From: Thermococcus sp. JdFR-02
GTDB taxonomy: Archaea > Methanobacteriota_B > Thermococci > Thermococcales > Thermococcaceae
Direction: 5' to 3'
Length of the DNA stretch: 64,000 nucleotides
Assembly (NCBI GenBank): GCA_002009975.1
Contig: MTLP01000007.1
Span: 64,001-128,000, forward strand
The notes under the pieces were generated by a model that searched no databases, had not been told where the DNA came from, and worked only from the letters and a program-made list of their open reading frames with translations. The translations under genes were made by a program, and so were the position numbers. This document shows, in pieces, positions 51,326-61,285 of the stretch (positions are counted from its first letter, which is position 1; the number at the start of each line of letters is the position of its first letter).

Positions 51326-51640
51326 TCAAACAACAATGCCTTCTCTCAGAGCTTCCCTAACAATTCCAAGGCTTCTCTTCTTCCGTTCAAACTCCTCCGG
51401 AGTGTAGCACAGAATCTCAAAATCTCCAACAATGCCAGCGTTCCACAAAGCCTTCAAAACATCGCTTGACCTTTCGGTGAAGTGCTTTCCTTTAAAAGTC
51501 TTGGAAACGACAATAATGTCGTAGTCGCTGTCCTTGAGATAATCTCCTCTAATCCGAGAGCCAAAGAATATAATTTTTGCATCGGGATAGTGTTGCCTTA
51601 TAACCTTTGCAATCCTTAAAGTCCAAGTTTTTGCCTGCAA
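51326..51640 (-). CDS. Minimal nucleotidyltransferase (MNT)
   Basis: FFGSRIRGD...SDYD, EEFE; start uncertain. Confidence 0.85.
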   Translation of the reverse strand: MQAKTWTLRIAKVIRQHYPDAKIIFFGSRIRGDYLKDSDYDIIVVSKTFKGKHFTERSSDVLKALWNAGIVGDFEILCYTPEEFERKKRSLGIVREALREGIVV

Positions 51641-52000
51641 AATTCAATCACCTTCTTGGCTTTTCGAGATGTTCAATCGCCATTCGCTCATTGTAAATCT
51701 TTGCCGGAACTTCATTTGCAGCATCAGGATACCTTGTAACGATGTACTCTGGATTCAAATCAAGAACACCATCAATTATCTCCTCGTCTTTAATTCCAAG
51801 TTCATTTGAAAGTCTTAACAAACTGTGAGTTTTCGGAGGGGATTCCCTTTTAACCTCAATATACAAAGCTTTCAAAGCTTTTTCAGCAGCTTGTTGAGAA
51901 AAAACACGCTGGCGTAATATCTTTTAACCTCAACTAATGCCTCAGCAGTTTTTAAATCTTCCAATGCCTGTTCCCATAAAAGTTTCGCTTCGTTTCTCAT
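51616..52000 (-). pseudogene. HEPN domain protein with two frameshifts
   Basis: MRNEAKLLWEQALEDL...YYASVFF / SQQAAEKALKA...KTHSL...TRYPD...EHLEK / AKKVIEFCRQKLGL*; single-base losses at homopolymers 51899-51904 and 51661-51664. Confidence 0.8.
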
Positions 52001-52030
52001 GTTTATCACAACAACTCTGCATGAGTGGAT

Positions 52031-52331
52031 TTAACTCTTTCTCCACTTCTCACTAATCTCTTCTATTTTCTCACTGACCTCCTTTCTGTCTTTCTTAATC
52101 AACAACTAGGAAAATTTCCTGAACACTGCCATTACTTTTTGCTAAAAGCTTTAATCCGGTTAGAGTTTCCCTAACAACTTTAATCTCAGAGCCCCGTGAA
52201 TCGCTTGCATAAGTCCTTCCGGGAATTACTTTCTTGACTCCTCCTATTTCAGCAATCTCTTCAAGAATCGATAAAATGCCCTTGAGGAGATGATGTTCAA
52301 GCTTGACGCCTTTTTTGATGTGCTTGGGCAT
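52031..52331 (-). pseudogene. DUF2103-like protein, frameshifted near the 3' end
   Basis: MPKHIKKGVKLEHH...VIPGR...SVQEIFLVVD*; removing one base near 52097 continues KKDRKEVSEKIEEISEKWRKS*. Confidence 0.65.
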
Positions 52332-52375
52332 CTCTAAGCCATCTCCACCCATTATCAAGTTTAAAATCCGTTATT

Positions 52376-53473
52376 TTATCCTAAATCTGCATTTATAAAC
52401 TTGATGTAGCCTACTATAAACATGCATAAGAAAGAACTCAACATAAGAATTAGATACTGCCACACAAAACTTAGAGCCTCCCAAAGAGAACCTTCCCACC
52501 CCATTGTGTAATCTGATAGGACAATGTCTCCGTTGGCGTTAATTCTCATGCCTGAACTCTCGGGCATAGTGTTACAATTCCCAACGCACACTTTTCTAAC
52601 GGCCATTTTTGAGATGATTCTTTTATACCATTCTCCCGGCACAAAGAGTGTGAGCTTTCTGTATATGTAGTCTGAGTTTTCACGGTACCGGATAATCATA
52701 TCATACATGTCTATTTTTTCATTAAGTGTACCGCTGATTTTTATTCTCTCTTCAAGTGAAGTTAAACCACCCGTACGCTCAATGTTTACTCCATAGGGTT
52801 CAAGTTCTTCCTGTAGTTCTTTGAAAGCAATGTTGCTAGCAGCTTTGAACACAAAGAATGGATATACCATCTCAACAAGTATTACAAGGAGTAAACCAAG
52901 AATCAGTGTGTTTTTCGGGTTCTTAATTAAAATCGAGATAAATATGCCGGTGCTCAGATAAATGAGGGTATAAAGAAAGGTTATAGGAAAAAGCACGCTC
53001 AAAACTTTTAAATCAAAGAGCGTTACGGGAATGCCTTTAACTAAAGCCAAACCAATGCCTGTTATGTAGAAGATTAAAAGACCGATAAATACTGTGGCTA
53101 ATGCTCCCAAAAACTTACCGATATAAAACTGATCTCTATAAAGAGGATGGCTTAAAGTTACCCTAATAGTCCCCTTTTGGATTTCTTGGTTTATTAAGTC
53201 AGCACCAAGAAGAATGCCTAGGAAAGGTACCACTTTTACAAGAACTTGGTGAAAGGGAAGGAAAATCCTTGTAAAGGGTGAAATCATGCTTCTGAGCTTG
53301 CCTGCGAGCTGTAGGAGCTGAGGATCATCAAAAGCATAGCTCCCAGAGGAAACATTGTAAATTGCTAAAACCGCAAATCCAACGAAAATCAAAAGTATCC
53401 CTGTAAATCTCTTCGTTTTTATGTTTGTTTGGATATCCTTTAGTGCTATATTAACTATTGGACTTAAGTTCAT
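52376..53473 (-). CDS. ABC-2 type permease with large extracellular loop
   Basis: LGADLINQEIQKGTIRVTLSHPLYR...GKFLG; C-terminal FINADL; start placed at MNLSP. Confidence 0.85.
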   Translation of the reverse strand: MNLSPIVNIALKDIQTNIKTKRFTGILLIFVGFAVLAIYNVSSGSYAFDDPQLLQLAGKLRSMISPFTRIFLPFHQVLVKVVPFLGILLGADLINQEIQKGTIRVTLSHPLYRDQFYIGKFLGALATVFIGLLIFYITGIGLALVKGIPVTLFDLKVLSVLFPITFLYTLIYLSTGIFISILIKNPKNTLILGLLLVILVEMVYPFFVFKAASNIAFKELQEELEPYGVNIERTGGLTSLEERIKISGTLNEKIDMYDMIIRYRENSDYIYRKLTLFVPGEWYKRIISKMAVRKVCVGNCNTMPESSGMRINANGDIVLSDYTMGWEGSLWEALSFVWQYLILMLSSFLCMFIVGYIKFINADLG

Positions 53474-53571
53474 AGTTGTTAATTTGAGTTTTAAATTTAA
53501 AAATTTATTGACAAAAATTTTATATACTAGCAAGCCGAAATAATAAACGAACCTCCCTTGGAGGTGATGAG

Positions 53572-53934
53572 ATGAGGAGGTTGCTCGCAGGAATGCTCCT
53601 CCTCGGGAGCCTCTTTTTGAGCTTAGCGGCGGCCGCAAATGGAATATCTCTACTGAGCTGTTGGTACCCATGGGACTACGACACTGATGTTCGCCAGTGG
53701 AATGATAATGAGTGGGTCTGGGCAGGAGTTCGCGGACAGGTTGAGATCTGTGATGGACAATTTCAGAGAATCCTTACAGACACCGTGAAGCATACTGCAT
53801 ACTGGAAAGGAGTAAACGTCATTGATGTGGTTAAATATAAGTCTCCTGAACGTGCAATAACCCAAATCCATTACAGAAGAACAAATGGCAATGAGGGATA
53901 CGCAACGGCATACATACCAAACTTCTACCGTTAG
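53572..53934 (+). CDS. Small secreted aromatic-rich protein
   Basis: RBS GGAGGTGA; signal peptide; two Cys. Confidence 0.75.
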   Translation: MRRLLAGMLLLGSLFLSLAAAANGISLLSCWYPWDYDTDVRQWNDNEWVWAGVRGQVEICDGQFQRILTDTVKHTAYWKGVNVIDVVKYKSPERAITQIHYRRTNGNEGYATAYIPNFYR

Positions 53935-53945
53935 GGGGCAAATGT

Positions 53946-54971
53946 ATGAAAAAACTTTTCATCTTTATTTTTTCCTTTCTGCTCCTTTCTCCTGCTTATG
54001 CTCTTCCTTCATGGTTTAAGGAAGGGGTTTATGTGAAATATGCCCTTCTGATGCCCAATGATAGGAATTCAAAAGAATTTCACCTGTTCTTCCTCCATCC
54101 AGCTTTAATCAGTCACGACGTTTATCAAAAGCTTTTACAGGTTAATGAAAGGTGGAAGGATGCCCCAGAGGTTAGCAAAGTGCGGGAAGATAAGCTCATT
54201 GGTCTTTCTGTTTATGGGAATGTTTTTCTGACTTTTAAGGTCATTAATGTTACTGAGGAGAGTGCACTGATTAATGTAACTCTTGAACTTTACAACATCA
54301 GCGTAAACTTCTGGCGTCCTCTGGATGCCTTGAATATTTCCACGCTTTTAGTTCTTAATTTGACGGATTTAACTTACAGGGATGAGAATGGAAGTGTAAT
54401 TGGAAGACCATCATTCTTCATCGATCCCCAAAATCCACCAAAGACAGGGGATTTATTTGCCAAGCTTGATATACCCGGCGTGTATGTTGAGGATGACCTT
54501 AAAATAGGGAACATCTCCTATACTACACACATGAATCAAACCCTTCTGACTTACGCCAGAAACTTCACCCCACCCTACATAACTGTAACTGCTAAACCCG
54601 TCTCAATGGCTTGGATAACTAAGGATAGCAGTTTGTCAGGGAGATACAGGTTTAGAGCAACTTATGACTTCATGAGTGGCGTAATGGTAGGGTCTCTTTT
54701 TACAATCTCCCCAGAGTTCTTGGAGATGGGTGTTGTTTTTACTACCTTCATTGACTATACTGCCACAAGGAATCTTGAGGAGCTTCAAAAGAACGGAGAG
54801 GATAAGGTTAAATGGTGGCTTCAAGGGTTTAATCTTTATGAAACTAATATAGAGTTCTGGGAGCCTAAAAAGGTTGAAGCTCCAGAAAGCAGCATGAAGT
54901 ACTTCTTTATCGTCGGGCTTTTCTTGTTGATCATAATACTTGTAAAAAGACTTATGGGGGAAAGAAAATGA
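53946..54971 (+). CDS. Exported membrane-anchored protein, paralog A
   Basis: Signal peptide, LPSWFKEG, C-terminal TM with basic tail. Confidence 0.8.
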   Translation: MKKLFIFIFSFLLLSPAYALPSWFKEGVYVKYALLMPNDRNSKEFHLFFLHPALISHDVYQKLLQVNERWKDAPEVSKVREDKLIGLSVYGNVFLTFKVINVTEESALINVTLELYNISVNFWRPLDALNISTLLVLNLTDLTYRDENGSVIGRPSFFIDPQNPPKTGDLFAKLDIPGVYVEDDLKIGNISYTTHMNQTLLTYARNFTPPYITVTAKPVSMAWITKDSSLSGRYRFRATYDFMSGVMVGSLFTISPEFLEMGVVFTTFIDYTATRNLEELQKNGEDKVKWWLQGFNLYETNIEFWEPKKVEAPESSMKYFFIVGLFLLIIILVKRLMGERK

Positions 54972-55891
54972 AGAAAACATGCGTTATCTTACTCACGATG
55001 CTCCTTCCTTCCGTTTACGCTCTTCCTTCATGGTTTAAGGAGGGAGCTTACGTAACTTATGCAGCATTCCCTTATAGGGATAGACCATTTCCCACGGCAA
55101 TAATGCTGACAGAGAACGATGCCATTCTGGAAGCCCATGGAAACGTCACCTTAACATTCAATATAACCAAGATATCCGGGAGCATCGCATATATAAACGT
55201 AACTCTCAAGCTTCTTGATGTTGAGATAAAACCCGAAGGAGAGCGCTTTGGAGAGATGGTATTCTCTGAGGTTTTAACCCTTGATCTGAAAAACCTAATG
55301 TACGTAGAGAATGGAACTCCCGCTGGAAAGCCTATCTTTTTTATTGACCCAAAAAATCCTCCTCAATTGAATGAAACAATCTTCGGAACCGGTATGAGAG
55401 TTGAAAATGTGACTCCCTCATTCCTTGCCCCAATAGTTTACGCTGGCAAAGTGAAAAGCGGTGTTGAACTGGAACTTAGGGGATACAACGCAACTGCGGA
55501 AGTTTCGAGAATCCTCGGCATTGAGGTTAAGGGAACATTCTACGACATGATGGATGGCGTAGAGAGGAGCACATATGATAACTCAACGGGTTTGCTTCTC
55601 TGCAATTTTCCTCCCGTTACCTATGAAATAAAGAAAATGGGCTTTAGATATGCCAACTTTTATGACCAGCTTGCAATGCACCGTTTCCTCGTGCAGCTGA
55701 AGCGCCATGAAGTGGTAAAGGAGAACCATGCCTACTGCGGCAGGGGGATGAACCTCTACAAAACGAACATTCCCGTGCCCTTTGAAGAGTACGTGTGGGT
55801 TGAGAGTGAGCGGAATTGGAAGGGCATGCTTATTGGAGCGGCGATAGGGATATTGGCGATCATTATCGTGCTCATAAAAATCCGGAGGTGA
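54968..55891 (+). CDS. Exported membrane-anchored protein, paralog B
   Basis: Shares LPSWFKEG, FFIDPxNPP and GxNLYxTNI with paralog A. Confidence 0.8.
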   Translation: MKKTCVILLTMLLPSVYALPSWFKEGAYVTYAAFPYRDRPFPTAIMLTENDAILEAHGNVTLTFNITKISGSIAYINVTLKLLDVEIKPEGERFGEMVFSEVLTLDLKNLMYVENGTPAGKPIFFIDPKNPPQLNETIFGTGMRVENVTPSFLAPIVYAGKVKSGVELELRGYNATAEVSRILGIEVKGTFYDMMDGVERSTYDNSTGLLLCNFPPVTYEIKKMGFRYANFYDQLAMHRFLVQLKRHEVVKENHAYCGRGMNLYKTNIPVPFEEYVWVESERNWKGMLIGAAIGILAIIIVLIKIRR

Positions 55892-55895
55892 TAAC

Positions 55896-56669
55896 TTGAA
55901 GACGCAATTGAATTGGGAGCTAAATGATCACCTGAATCTGCTTGTCTTTATATTTGGTTCCGTACTTACGGGAATAACCTTCCATATTCACCTCCTTGAA
56001 GGGGGAATAAACTTCTCGGTTAATCCCCCAACTACCTCGCAGATATTTCTCGAATCGATGAAAGCGCTTGGATTAAGCTTCCCACGACTGGCAGAGGATA
56101 TCTACACGATCTTGGTAATTACAGGAGTTCTGCTTTCTTCACTTACACTTCGCTACGATAAGGACACTCGGTTGGCTATGAGCATCTACAGCCTTCCTGT
56201 AAAGAACTACAAGCTGGTGCTGGCCAAGTTCATTGCATCCTTTATCCTCCTATTTTTGTCCGTGATTATTCCTTTCTTTCTGACGTTATTCTATACCTAC
56301 GGGGACGCTCCGAATCTGCTTAAAGGAGCATTGTTTGGAGAAGGGTTTTTCATTAGTTACTTCATATTTTGGTTGCTGGCGTGCGTATACGTGATATCTC
56401 TCTCAAGCCTGATAGCGGAGCTCTCGCCCAATCTGTTTGCATCGCTCCTTGGAGGTATAACTCTGCTGTATCTCCCAAAAATACTTAATACAACCTATCT
56501 ACCTCCAGCAGTGCTCAATTCGGCATTTCTAACTTCACAAACTGCCTTTGATAGTGTGGCTCAAAAAGTTCTCATGCTGGTGGATAAAGCCTTCGTTTCG
56601 TGCATTCTAATACCCTTGGTGTTGCTGGGGATGACACTCTTAATAAGTGAATGGAGGGATGTGGTGTGA
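55896..56669 (+). CDS. ABC-2 type permease
   Basis: YSLPV...LAKF motif, six TM segments, C-terminal WRDV. Confidence 0.75.
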   Translation: MKTQLNWELNDHLNLLVFIFGSVLTGITFHIHLLEGGINFSVNPPTTSQIFLESMKALGLSFPRLAEDIYTILVITGVLLSSLTLRYDKDTRLAMSIYSLPVKNYKLVLAKFIASFILLFLSVIIPFFLTLFYTYGDAPNLLKGALFGEGFFISYFIFWLLACVYVISLSSLIAELSPNLFASLLGGITLLYLPKILNTTYLPPAVLNSAFLTSQTAFDSVAQKVLMLVDKAFVSCILIPLVLLGMTLLISEWRDVV

Positions 56670-57109
56670 GGCTGTTAAAGGCTATCTTGATTTCGATTCT
56701 TATCATCACAGTCTTTTCACTTGCTACCCAAGAGAAAATCCTTCAGAAGCCCTATTCACAGGTTATCTTAACGGGAAGAGGGTTCGTTGTTCCTTCTGCA
56801 AGGGTTATTCTCCTAAACACGAATCCCAAGGGGGGCGAGTATATGATTGCAATCTTTGACCCCGAAGCGAATAAAACGATATTCTCAAGACGGACTGATA
56901 GACCGATTAACGAAGAGGTAACGCTTCCACATTCTGGACCTTACTACGTTCTTATAGATTCCGAACTCCCCGTCGTCTGTGCTCTTAAAGGCGTGGCAAG
57001 CTATCCATCAAAAGAGATTTTGAACGTTGAATACGGCATGGGTGGAGTTTCTGCACTTTTATTGGCTGGTATAATTCTCTTGGAGGGAAAAAGAAATGAT
57101 AAAAGCTGA
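56666..57109 (+). CDS. Hypothetical protein with N- and C-terminal hydrophobic anchors
   Basis: GTGA overlap with the upstream stop; RBS GGAGG. Confidence 0.65.
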   Translation: MRLLKAILISILIITVFSLATQEKILQKPYSQVILTGRGFVVPSARVILLNTNPKGGEYMIAIFDPEANKTIFSRRTDRPINEEVTLPHSGPYYVLIDSELPVVCALKGVASYPSKEILNVEYGMGGVSALLLAGIILLEGKRNDKS

Positions 57110-57758
57110 AAATTTAACTAAAAGGTTTGGAAAGCTCACTGCTTTGAATTCCATAAATCTCGAAATAGAGGAAGGCTTCACCCTTATACTTGGTCCTAAT
57201 GGAGGTGGAAAATCAACGTTCCTCAACCTGTGTGCCGGTATTTATAAACCCACAGAAGGGAGAATTGAGGTTTTTGGAGAAGAACCGTGGAGCAACGAAA
57301 AAGTCAAGAAACAGATTGGTGTTTCTTTTGATCCTCCTGCTTTACCGAAGCACCGCACAGGCTTGGAGTGGCTTTCATATATTGCCGAGTTCAAGGGAAT
57401 TGAGAAAAGCGAGATAATAAGTGTTGCCAAGCTGTTTTCAGTGAAACCTTTCTTAAACAGAAAAATTGGGGAATACTCTGCTGGAATGCTTAAAAGACTA
57501 AGCCTTTCTCAAGCTTTTCTTGGCAATCCAGACCTTATCTTACTTGATGAGCCATTGGCAAACCTTGACTTCAAAGGGATTAAAGAGATAACGGAGGTTC
57601 TAAAGAGGATTATTGAAGATGGGACAAACATGATTGTAGTTTCCCACATATGGCGACCTCTCATAGACGTAGCCAACAGGGTCGTTGTAATTGCTGCAGG
57701 AAAGGTAGTTTTTGATGGCGAGCCTGAGGATATTCTGCCGAAAATTGGAGAAATTTAG
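57096..57758 (+). CDS. ABC transporter ATP-binding protein
   Basis: GPNGGGKS, YSAGM, LLDEP. Confidence 0.92.
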   Translation: MIKAENLTKRFGKLTALNSINLEIEEGFTLILGPNGGGKSTFLNLCAGIYKPTEGRIEVFGEEPWSNEKVKKQIGVSFDPPALPKHRTGLEWLSYIAEFKGIEKSEIISVAKLFSVKPFLNRKIGEYSAGMLKRLSLSQAFLGNPDLILLDEPLANLDFKGIKEITEVLKRIIEDGTNMIVVSHIWRPLIDVANRVVVIAAGKVVFDGEPEDILPKIGEI

Positions 57759-57769
57759 GAGGTGGTAAT

Positions 57770-59503
57770 GTGAGATGGTTGAGAGCTGTTATGATTCTAA
57801 TCATGTTCCTTGCACATGTTCCCCTTGGGTTATCTGGAAACGATGTAATGCTTAAAATTGATTCGGTTCCGGTAGGGGCTGAGGTTAGCATTGAAGGTAT
57901 GAATAACACTTTTCGCACTCCAGTTATTTTAAGCATGTCAGAGGGAAAGAGGATAATAAAAATTTCCAAAGGAGCATATACGGTTCTTTACAACCTCTCC
58001 ATTAGCGAAGGGGAAATTCTAACGCTCTTGGTGGACTTTAGAAAGATAGAAAAAGCCATTGGAAAGGCTTTCATAAATGTCACAATAAAATACGGCTTCA
58101 ACATAACGGTGCCAACAAAGGAAAAGGAATATGAACCTCCAATGGCTACTCCAACTTGGGAGGGCTGTGGAGGAATAACAATGGAAGGATCGAGGAACCC
58201 ACCAATGGTAATCTACCAGTTCGATCCAGAAGACCCTTATTACCAGCTTGTCCTCAACAACACTCCCATAAGACTGCAGTATAAGAATATAGTGGGATGT
58301 ATCGTCGTTGAGAAAATTTTCTACCATGGGGAAGGTTATACAGTGATTGGAGGCGGAGGCTGGGATAACGCAACATACATAGCCCCGACAGCATTGTTAA
58401 CCATAAACTCAACGCCCCAAAATGCCACGGTTTACATCTTCGACTTTCACAGATTCGGAGAGTGGTTTACACCGATGGAGTTGAGAGTTCCCGTGATAAC
58501 AGAACCTCAAATGAACGTTAGGGTGTACACAAAATATTCCAACCTTACAATCCCGTATATCCCAGAACTCCATGCATACAAGATTTCCATAGGTCATAAT
58601 GGTTATCCCTTCTTTGAAGGATGGGTGGATTTGAAACCTAATGAAACACTCACCCTTAACGTTGATCTCGGGCTTCTTAAGGAAGCCGTGACCGTTAAAA
58701 AAGAAGAGGGTGTATTAGAAGTGGTCAGCCAGCCAGAGAATGCAAGTATAACGGTGAAAGACGCTCAAGGGAGAGTCTTGGGAAGCGGGACTTCTCCCTT
58801 AAGGATTGAACTGCCTCCAGGATTTTATGTTATCTCGGCTTTTATGGACGGTTATGGTAGCGCTGTAAAAAATGCAACGGTGTTTTCCAATAAAACCATT
58901 AGAGTATATGTGGAGCTTAACCCTACTCCCGCTAAGCTTTCTATAGAAAGCTCTCCAAGTGGTGCAGTAGTGTTGGTGGAAAATAAGAAATGCACAACTC
59001 CGTGCAATCTAACAATCCATGCAGGTGATTACAATATCACAATTAGAAAGGAAGGGTTTATTGACGAGAGCAAAAGGGTCATTTTAAATCCGGGAGAAGA
59101 GGTTAACTTAACTTTCAATCTAACCCCCAAGCCAAGAGTTATAATAAAGACAACACCTTCTGGAGCAGTTGTAACTGCAGATGAAACTAAAGCATGCACA
59201 ACTCCATGCAACATAACACTTGATCCCGGAAAGCACATCTTAAAGCTTGATCTTGACGGATATGAAAGTGAGATAGTGGTTCTTCAACTGAATAAAGGTG
59301 ATGTTGTACCGATAAACATTAAGTTACGCCCAGAGCAAGATGCATTCAATAACTTTAAAGGAAAACAGAATACCAATTTAACTACCACTCAAAAAGATAT
59401 AACAAAAACTCAACCAACAAATCTAGAAACCTCAAACTATGGGAAGCTTTTGTTCATAGTAGGGATACTAGCACTATTAATAGCAATTGGCATTAGGAGG
59501 TGA
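57770..59503 (+). CDS. PEGA-repeat surface protein
   Basis: Repeats SxPxGAxV...TP...GxY/H; signal peptide; C-terminal TM; many N-x-S/T sequons. Confidence 0.85.
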   Translation: MRWLRAVMILIMFLAHVPLGLSGNDVMLKIDSVPVGAEVSIEGMNNTFRTPVILSMSEGKRIIKISKGAYTVLYNLSISEGEILTLLVDFRKIEKAIGKAFINVTIKYGFNITVPTKEKEYEPPMATPTWEGCGGITMEGSRNPPMVIYQFDPEDPYYQLVLNNTPIRLQYKNIVGCIVVEKIFYHGEGYTVIGGGGWDNATYIAPTALLTINSTPQNATVYIFDFHRFGEWFTPMELRVPVITEPQMNVRVYTKYSNLTIPYIPELHAYKISIGHNGYPFFEGWVDLKPNETLTLNVDLGLLKEAVTVKKEEGVLEVVSQPENASITVKDAQGRVLGSGTSPLRIELPPGFYVISAFMDGYGSAVKNATVFSNKTIRVYVELNPTPAKLSIESSPSGAVVLVENKKCTTPCNLTIHAGDYNITIRKEGFIDESKRVILNPGEEVNLTFNLTPKPRVIIKTTPSGAVVTADETKACTTPCNITLDPGKHILKLDLDGYESEIVVLQLNKGDVVPINIKLRPEQDAFNNFKGKQNTNLTTTQKDITKTQPTNLETSNYGKLLFIVGILALLIAIGIRR

Positions 59504-59563
59504 AAGATTGCCCAAGATTGATTCTTTCAAGCTCCTGATTTTATTCCCAGAAAAAGTAAATAG

Positions 59564-61279
59564 TTAGACTTTTTTCCTAACCTTCACGGCTATTCCTCTT
59601 CTCGCTTTAATCATCTCTTCTCCATTTAGAACAGCTTTCCCAACTCCAACAACTTTTTCATCTCTAACCACGCCTACAATATCATCTGGTCTAATTTGAG
59701 GATCAGCTTCATTAACACCAACAGCGAAGACATCTCCCTTCAAATCGAAATCAATCTTAACGTAATAACTCCTTAGCTTATCATAAATTCTCTGCATTCC
59801 AAAAGGAGTTATGCTTATTCTTCCCTCTTCAAAAGTTCCTGTCTGCTTATTTTCAACAAATATTCTAAGCATCTTCGAACCTTTAATGTTGGCATTTTCA
59901 GGTAAAATAGCTTCACCTGCACCTAAGCCAAAATAGAAGTCAAAGACTTTCCTAATGTTTTCTTGGAAGCGGTAAGTTCTCTCTTCTTTTCCAGCAACTA
60001 AGTCAAGGTTTGGTTCTCTAATGGTCTCTTTTAAAGCGTTTAAGCTCTCTTTACTTGTTGTCCCCTCTTTAATGGGCACAAAGGTTATTTCTCTTCCGCT
60101 CATCTCACTCGCTCTCTTCGCAACTTCAACGTAGGCTTCATCTAAATGAGCAATGATTGGAATTTCTTTTGGATACTTTTCTAAGGCTTTTGCAAGCAAA
60201 TTGGCAGCAGAGCTTATCTCCTCCTCGCTCCAATGCCCCGTAACGACTATATCATATTTTGCTAACCACTCCCACTCTCTTGGAACGACACCGAAAGGTG
60301 AAGTTAAGATCAGCTCGTGCATGAGATAGATACCATTCCCTAATGCTTCTTTTAGGGCTTGTCTGTAAAGCATGTGACTTCTTGATCTTGAATAAGGCTT
60401 CTTAGCCGAGCATGGAAAAAGCAAGAGCAATTTGACATTTTTTGGTGGTTCAAAGCGCTCTACAACTCTTTGATGCCACCTCTTTACCTCTGGTCTGTTT
60501 TGGGATGCATCGCTTATGAAATAGACAGTTTCCTTTTGGATTGGAGTGTACTTTTCTAAGTATTCTCCATACTCCTTATCCGCGATCCTCAAAATTCCCG
60601 CATTGCTTTGTGTATAGAAGAAGTTCTCAACTAAATATCTCAGTTTTCCTTCTTTAAGGGCTTTTTTTACTAAGTTTATAATCTTCTGAGCCCAATCTAA
60701 AGAGTTTTCCCCATCTTCCCAGAGTATTGGGGCAAACGGAGTAAAAGCTTTTTTTCTAAAATCGTAAAGCTTTAAGCTTTTTGTGTCAAAAGCATCGACA
60801 CCAAGATAAACGGCTAAGGGATAAAAGAATGGCTCTAAATCAGTTATTATCATTAAGTTTGGATCCTTTTCTCTTATTAAAGCCAAAGTTGCAACGAATC
60901 TTCGATAATCTTTAACTAAAACTTTTGAATTGCCCAAATAAATCGCTTCAAATTGATATTGACTCAAAATTTTATTGAGGAACTCCTCCAGCAAATCTAA
61001 ATACCTAATTGCGGGGAGATAAAGGGCATTAAACTTCGAGTAATCAACGTTGTATAACCTGCTGAATGCTTTTTCAACAATTTCAAATGGGGCATAAAAG
61101 CTAACGTTTATTGATGGAGCTAAATTTACATCAAACTCATTAAATTCCTTAGGATAGAAATAGGAGTTAAAGGGTGATAAGGTAAAGTCTAACCCTGCTA
61201 AAGCAGGAGTTTTGATTTTTCTTTCTCCAAACTTAACTAACCCAAGCCTTGCAGGACCTTCGTGCTTCAGTATTTCCAT
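59564..61279 (-). CDS. arcS: Archaeosine synthase subunit alpha
   Basis: HEGPARLG, PCSAKKPYSRSRSH, YDIVVTGHW, C-terminal PUA domain. Confidence 0.9.
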   Translation of the reverse strand: MEILKHEGPARLGLVKFGERKIKTPALAGLDFTLSPFNSYFYPKEFNEFDVNLAPSINVSFYAPFEIVEKAFSRLYNVDYSKFNALYLPAIRYLDLLEEFLNKILSQYQFEAIYLGNSKVLVKDYRRFVATLALIREKDPNLMIITDLEPFFYPLAVYLGVDAFDTKSLKLYDFRKKAFTPFAPILWEDGENSLDWAQKIINLVKKALKEGKLRYLVENFFYTQSNAGILRIADKEYGEYLEKYTPIQKETVYFISDASQNRPEVKRWHQRVVERFEPPKNVKLLLLFPCSAKKPYSRSRSHMLYRQALKEALGNGIYLMHELILTSPFGVVPREWEWLAKYDIVVTGHWSEEEISSAANLLAKALEKYPKEIPIIAHLDEAYVEVAKRASEMSGREITFVPIKEGTTSKESLNALKETIREPNLDLVAGKEERTYRFQENIRKVFDFYFGLGAGEAILPENANIKGSKMLRIFVENKQTGTFEEGRISITPFGMQRIYDKLRSYYVKIDFDLKGDVFAVGVNEADPQIRPDDIVGVVRDEKVVGVGKAVLNGEEMIKARRGIAVKVRKKV

Positions 61280-61285
61280 ATTAAA

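Noticed and set aside
53474-53671. ORF-track N-terminal extension of the minus-strand permease
   Set aside because: It overlaps the RBS-supported secreted gene on the plus strand and the AT-rich promoter region; ATG 53473 is the more plausible start.
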